Assembly (NCBI GenBank): GCA_950097015.1
Contig: CATNEN010000025.1
Span: 6,262,001-6,326,000 of the forward strand
From: Macrostomum hystrix
Lineage: Eukaryota; Animalia; Platyhelminthes
Reading direction: 5' to 3'
Length of the DNA stretch: 64,000 nt
Within the stretch, counting starts at the first letter, position 1. Each line of letters starts with the position of its first letter. Positions 61,368-64,000 of this stretch are shown piece by piece. The notes beneath the pieces were generated by a model. That model was not told the origin of the DNA, ran no database searches, and saw nothing but the letters and a program-made list of their open reading frames with translations. A program made the translations under genes and the position numbers.

Positions 61368-63054
61368 CTATACGGAAGAACTACTAGTGAGAATCAACAC
61401 TACTAAGAGTAGTGCAATCGGGGTTATCCTTCGAAATAGAAAGTCTAATTCATTCGACGCAGGCGACGTGGATCGCAGCGGCGAATCGCCGAAGCGACTC
61501 CGCCGAAATCGCATCAGGCGAATCTGGCGCAACTGCTCAGCGAACTGCTCGTCCTGCGCTGCTGTTCGACGGCGCCACTCCGCGAAGCTGTCTTCGCTAC
61601 CGCCAGCGCCTTTAGAGGACGCCTACAAATTTGGAAAGCGATTTTCGGCGTCTTGACGAACTACTCATGGTCGTATCTGAGAAAAACTGGTTGATACGAA
61701 GTATAATATAGCGTGGCACTTTCAATGGTTGTTCAGTCAATGGACTGAAATTTCTACCCCAGCTAATTGTGGTGGCCATTTTTCAGCTCGGTGAACTAAA
61801 GAAATGGGGAATTAAGTGTGTTGCTGAAGGACACAATTTGCATCCCTTAGGCTGAGATTCGAACTCCCGGCATCAAAGTTAGAAGTCCAAATCTTTAACC
61901 AATGGGCTACAAGCTCGCATTCTTAGAATGAACTAGGATTTATATACACGACCTCAAACATTAATCCCAAATAATAATAATATAATAATAATTGACACTA
62001 GACCCAAGGGCCAGTGCAGGTGTTGTGTGTCAGGCACACTAGCAGGTGGGGACTGCACACCTATTGTACTCCCGGCTCTCTCGGACACCGGTTGACAGCC
62101 GCGTGTCAGCCATGGAATTTATTTTTCCAAACATATCGGCAGCATCCAAACCCCACAGAATTGCCGCACAGAACTGCTTTATTCCACGCGCTGGAATTAC
62201 GCTCGTATTATTACCCGACGAAATGTCGGTACTCATTTGCAGCTGAGTAGACTGTGTGCACATCAGGGCAAAGCAGCTTGCCAAAGGCTGCACGAATAGT
62301 TCAAGACTAGGTCGTGAGTCAAACCCAGGACTATCTGATCCAGAGTCCGAGACCTTACTGACTGAGCTATCCGCCCTCATCCCAAATAATATATGATCAA
62401 ATAATAACAGCTGGATGAACTGAAGCAATGCAGAGTCATAACTGTCTTGCTTGGAATCGAACCCCCGACCTTCTAATCACCAAGCTACGACCTGTTAGTC
62501 TGGCACATGCGCGTCAGCAAATAGGACAACAGAAGCACCTGTTGCTGCTGCCTTCTATAGCTATTATAGACCCGATCGGCCATTCTCTCGTACTCCTCTC
62601 GAGACGGAAACGGACCCTCGCCGCGCCGCATGGCCTCCTCCCAGTAGAACCGGTTGAACTGGTCTCGCCTGCTACGCTGATAATGATAGTCGTAGTGCCG
62701 CTGAGAGCCAAAAGCTGGGTCATTCGCCGGGTCGCCGTAGTGTTGACCTCCTACTCTGCTATTCCCTAATCCCAATTGTTGGTCATAATCTGCCCTGCTA
62801 TCAGCCTTGCTCAACACAGTGTAGGCTTCGTTCACTCGCACAAATTTCTCGTGAGCATCGGTGGACTCAAAAGCGGCAGGCGAGTCCGGATGGCACAGCT
62901 TCGACTGTTTTATAAATGCGTCCCGAATGTCCTTACTGGTGGCGTCTTGTGGCACACCCAGCGTCTGGTAATGATTGGCTTGAGACCGGGGACGATGCTG
63001 CCGACTGCTTGATAGTCGGCGACAGATGGCCGATGTGAGCGCTGCTGGGCGATA
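61368..63054 (-). CDS. DnaJ/Hsp40 J-domain protein with C-terminal hydrophobic segment (DNAJC4-like); first coding exon unresolved
   Basis: Exon 63054-62539 has NHYQTLGV...IRDAFIKQSKLCHPD...KFVRVNEAYTVLS...RADYD. Donor CAG|GTGCTT, then exon 61622-61368 in frame (ASSKGAGG...ITPIALLLVVLILTSSSSV*). No in-frame ATG after the 63055 acceptor. Confidence 0.82.
61728..61912 (-). mobile_element. Diverged SINE family 1 copy
   Basis: Minus-strand head plus GTGTCCTTCAGCAACACACTTAA core. Confidence 0.7.
62040..62376 (-). mobile_element. tRNA-headed SINE, third family
   Basis: Minus-strand GGGCGGATAGCTCAGTCAGTAAG...CCTGGGTTTGACTC head, then CTTTGGCAAG...CTCAGCTGCAAATGAGTACC. Single copy in the window; the left boundary is uncertain. 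Confidence 0.55.
62405..62490 (-). mobile_element. SINE family 1 fragment
   Basis: CAGCTGGATGAACTGAAGCAATGCAGAGT...GGAATCGAACCCCCGACC. Confidence 0.65.
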
Positions 63055-63122
63055 CTGCAAATTAAATCTAATATTAATAGACTCATGTCAACACGCTGCT
63101 CTATGCAATGTACTCTTTGGCC

Positions 63123-63893
63123 TATTCACTGTAGAATGCTAGTCTATTCACTGTAGAATGCTAGTCTATTCACTGTAGAATGCTAGTCTATTCACTGTAG
63201 AATGCTAGTCTATTCACTGTAGAATGCTAGTCTATTCACTGTAGAATGCTAGTCTATTCACTGTAGAATGCTAGTCTATTCACTGTAGAATGCTAGTCTA
63301 TTCACTGTAGAATGCTAGTCTATTCACTGTAGAATGCTAGTCTATTCACTGTAGAATGCTAGTCTATTCACTGTAGAATGCTAGTCTATTCACTGTAGAA
63401 TGCTAGTCTATTCACTGTAGAATGCTAGTCTATTCACTGTAGAATGCTAGTCTATTCACTGTAGAATGCTAGTCTATTCACTGTAGAATGCTAGTCTATT
63501 CACTGTAGAATGCTAGTCTATTCACTGTAGAATGCTAGTCTATTCACTGTAGAATGCTAGTCTATTCACTGTAGAATGCTAGTCTATTCACTGTAGAATG
63601 CTAGTCTATTCACTGTAGAATGCTAGTCTATTCACTGTAGAATGCTAGTCTATTCACTGTAGAATGCTAGTCTATTCACTGTAGAATGCTAGTCTATTCA
63701 CTGTAGAATGCTAGTCTATTCACTGTAGAATGCTAGTCTATTCACTGTAGAATGCTAGTCTATTCACTGTAGAATGCTAGTCTATTCACTGTAGAATGCT
63801 AGTCTATTCACTGTAGAATGCTAGTCTATTCACTGTAGAATGCTAGTCTATTCACTGTAGAATGCTAGTCTATTCACAGTAGAATGCTAGTCT
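63123..63893. repeat. Highly homogeneous minisatellite, 22-bp unit TATTCACTGTAGAATGCTAGTC
   Basis: About 35 near-identical units upstream of the DnaJ acceptor. Confidence 0.98.
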
Positions 63894-64000
63894 ACTACTT
63901 TGCAGTTTAACTTTCATCAATCGTCTTACCCGTTAGGGAAAAAATGAAAGTAGTATAGAGAGCGCATGATTACTGAATATTACTAATAAAAATGAGCCAC

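Noticed and set aside
267-63893. Long low-complexity ORFs (for example 299-1141, 10846-11763, 22156-22899, 41943-43232, 45496-47337, 52436-53515, 57316-58506)
   Set aside because: They coincide with tandem arrays, are open in several frames and on both strands, and mostly lie inside introns of well-supported genes. They are translation artefacts.
63900-63970. Candidate first exon of the DnaJ gene (ATG at about 63967, donor GG|GTAAGA)
   Set aside because: It ends in phase 2 while the 63055 acceptor needs phase 0, so no consistent model results.

Overview
Eukaryotic (animal) genomic DNA, not prokaryotic. GC-rich exons are separated by GT-AG introns, most filled with tandem minisatellites. This architecture resembles free-living flatworms such as Macrostomum, but the species is an inference. 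I reconstructed seven spliced genes by hand, all with in-frame junctions: a secreted PAN/Apple + LamG-like protein (+), MFSD13A/TMEM180 (+), an ARM-TIR-SAM-type TIR protein (+), TUBGCP3 (+), a TMC channel-like protein (-), UAP1 (-), and a DnaJ protein whose first exon is unresolved (-). Mobile elements are: one very young, intact Mag-type Ty3/Gypsy element (303-bp LTRs with 2 mismatches, GCCAT target-site duplication (TSD)); an old deleted Gypsy element with a nested IS630/Tc1-like transposase; a second IS630/Tc1-like element with perfect 53-bp terminal inverted repeats (TIRs); an EnSpm-like MITE; and at least three tRNA-headed SINE families. The most unusual structure is MFSD13A intron 2. It carries seven copies of a ~15-20 bp palindromic box (TTCGATACATATCGG-GTRG) separated by mutually dissimilar 114-165 bp spacers and spanning the whole intron. 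Also notable: 17 of 23 predicted introns hold a minisatellite, one array re-copies its own splice donor, and one shares its core with a SINE 3' end.
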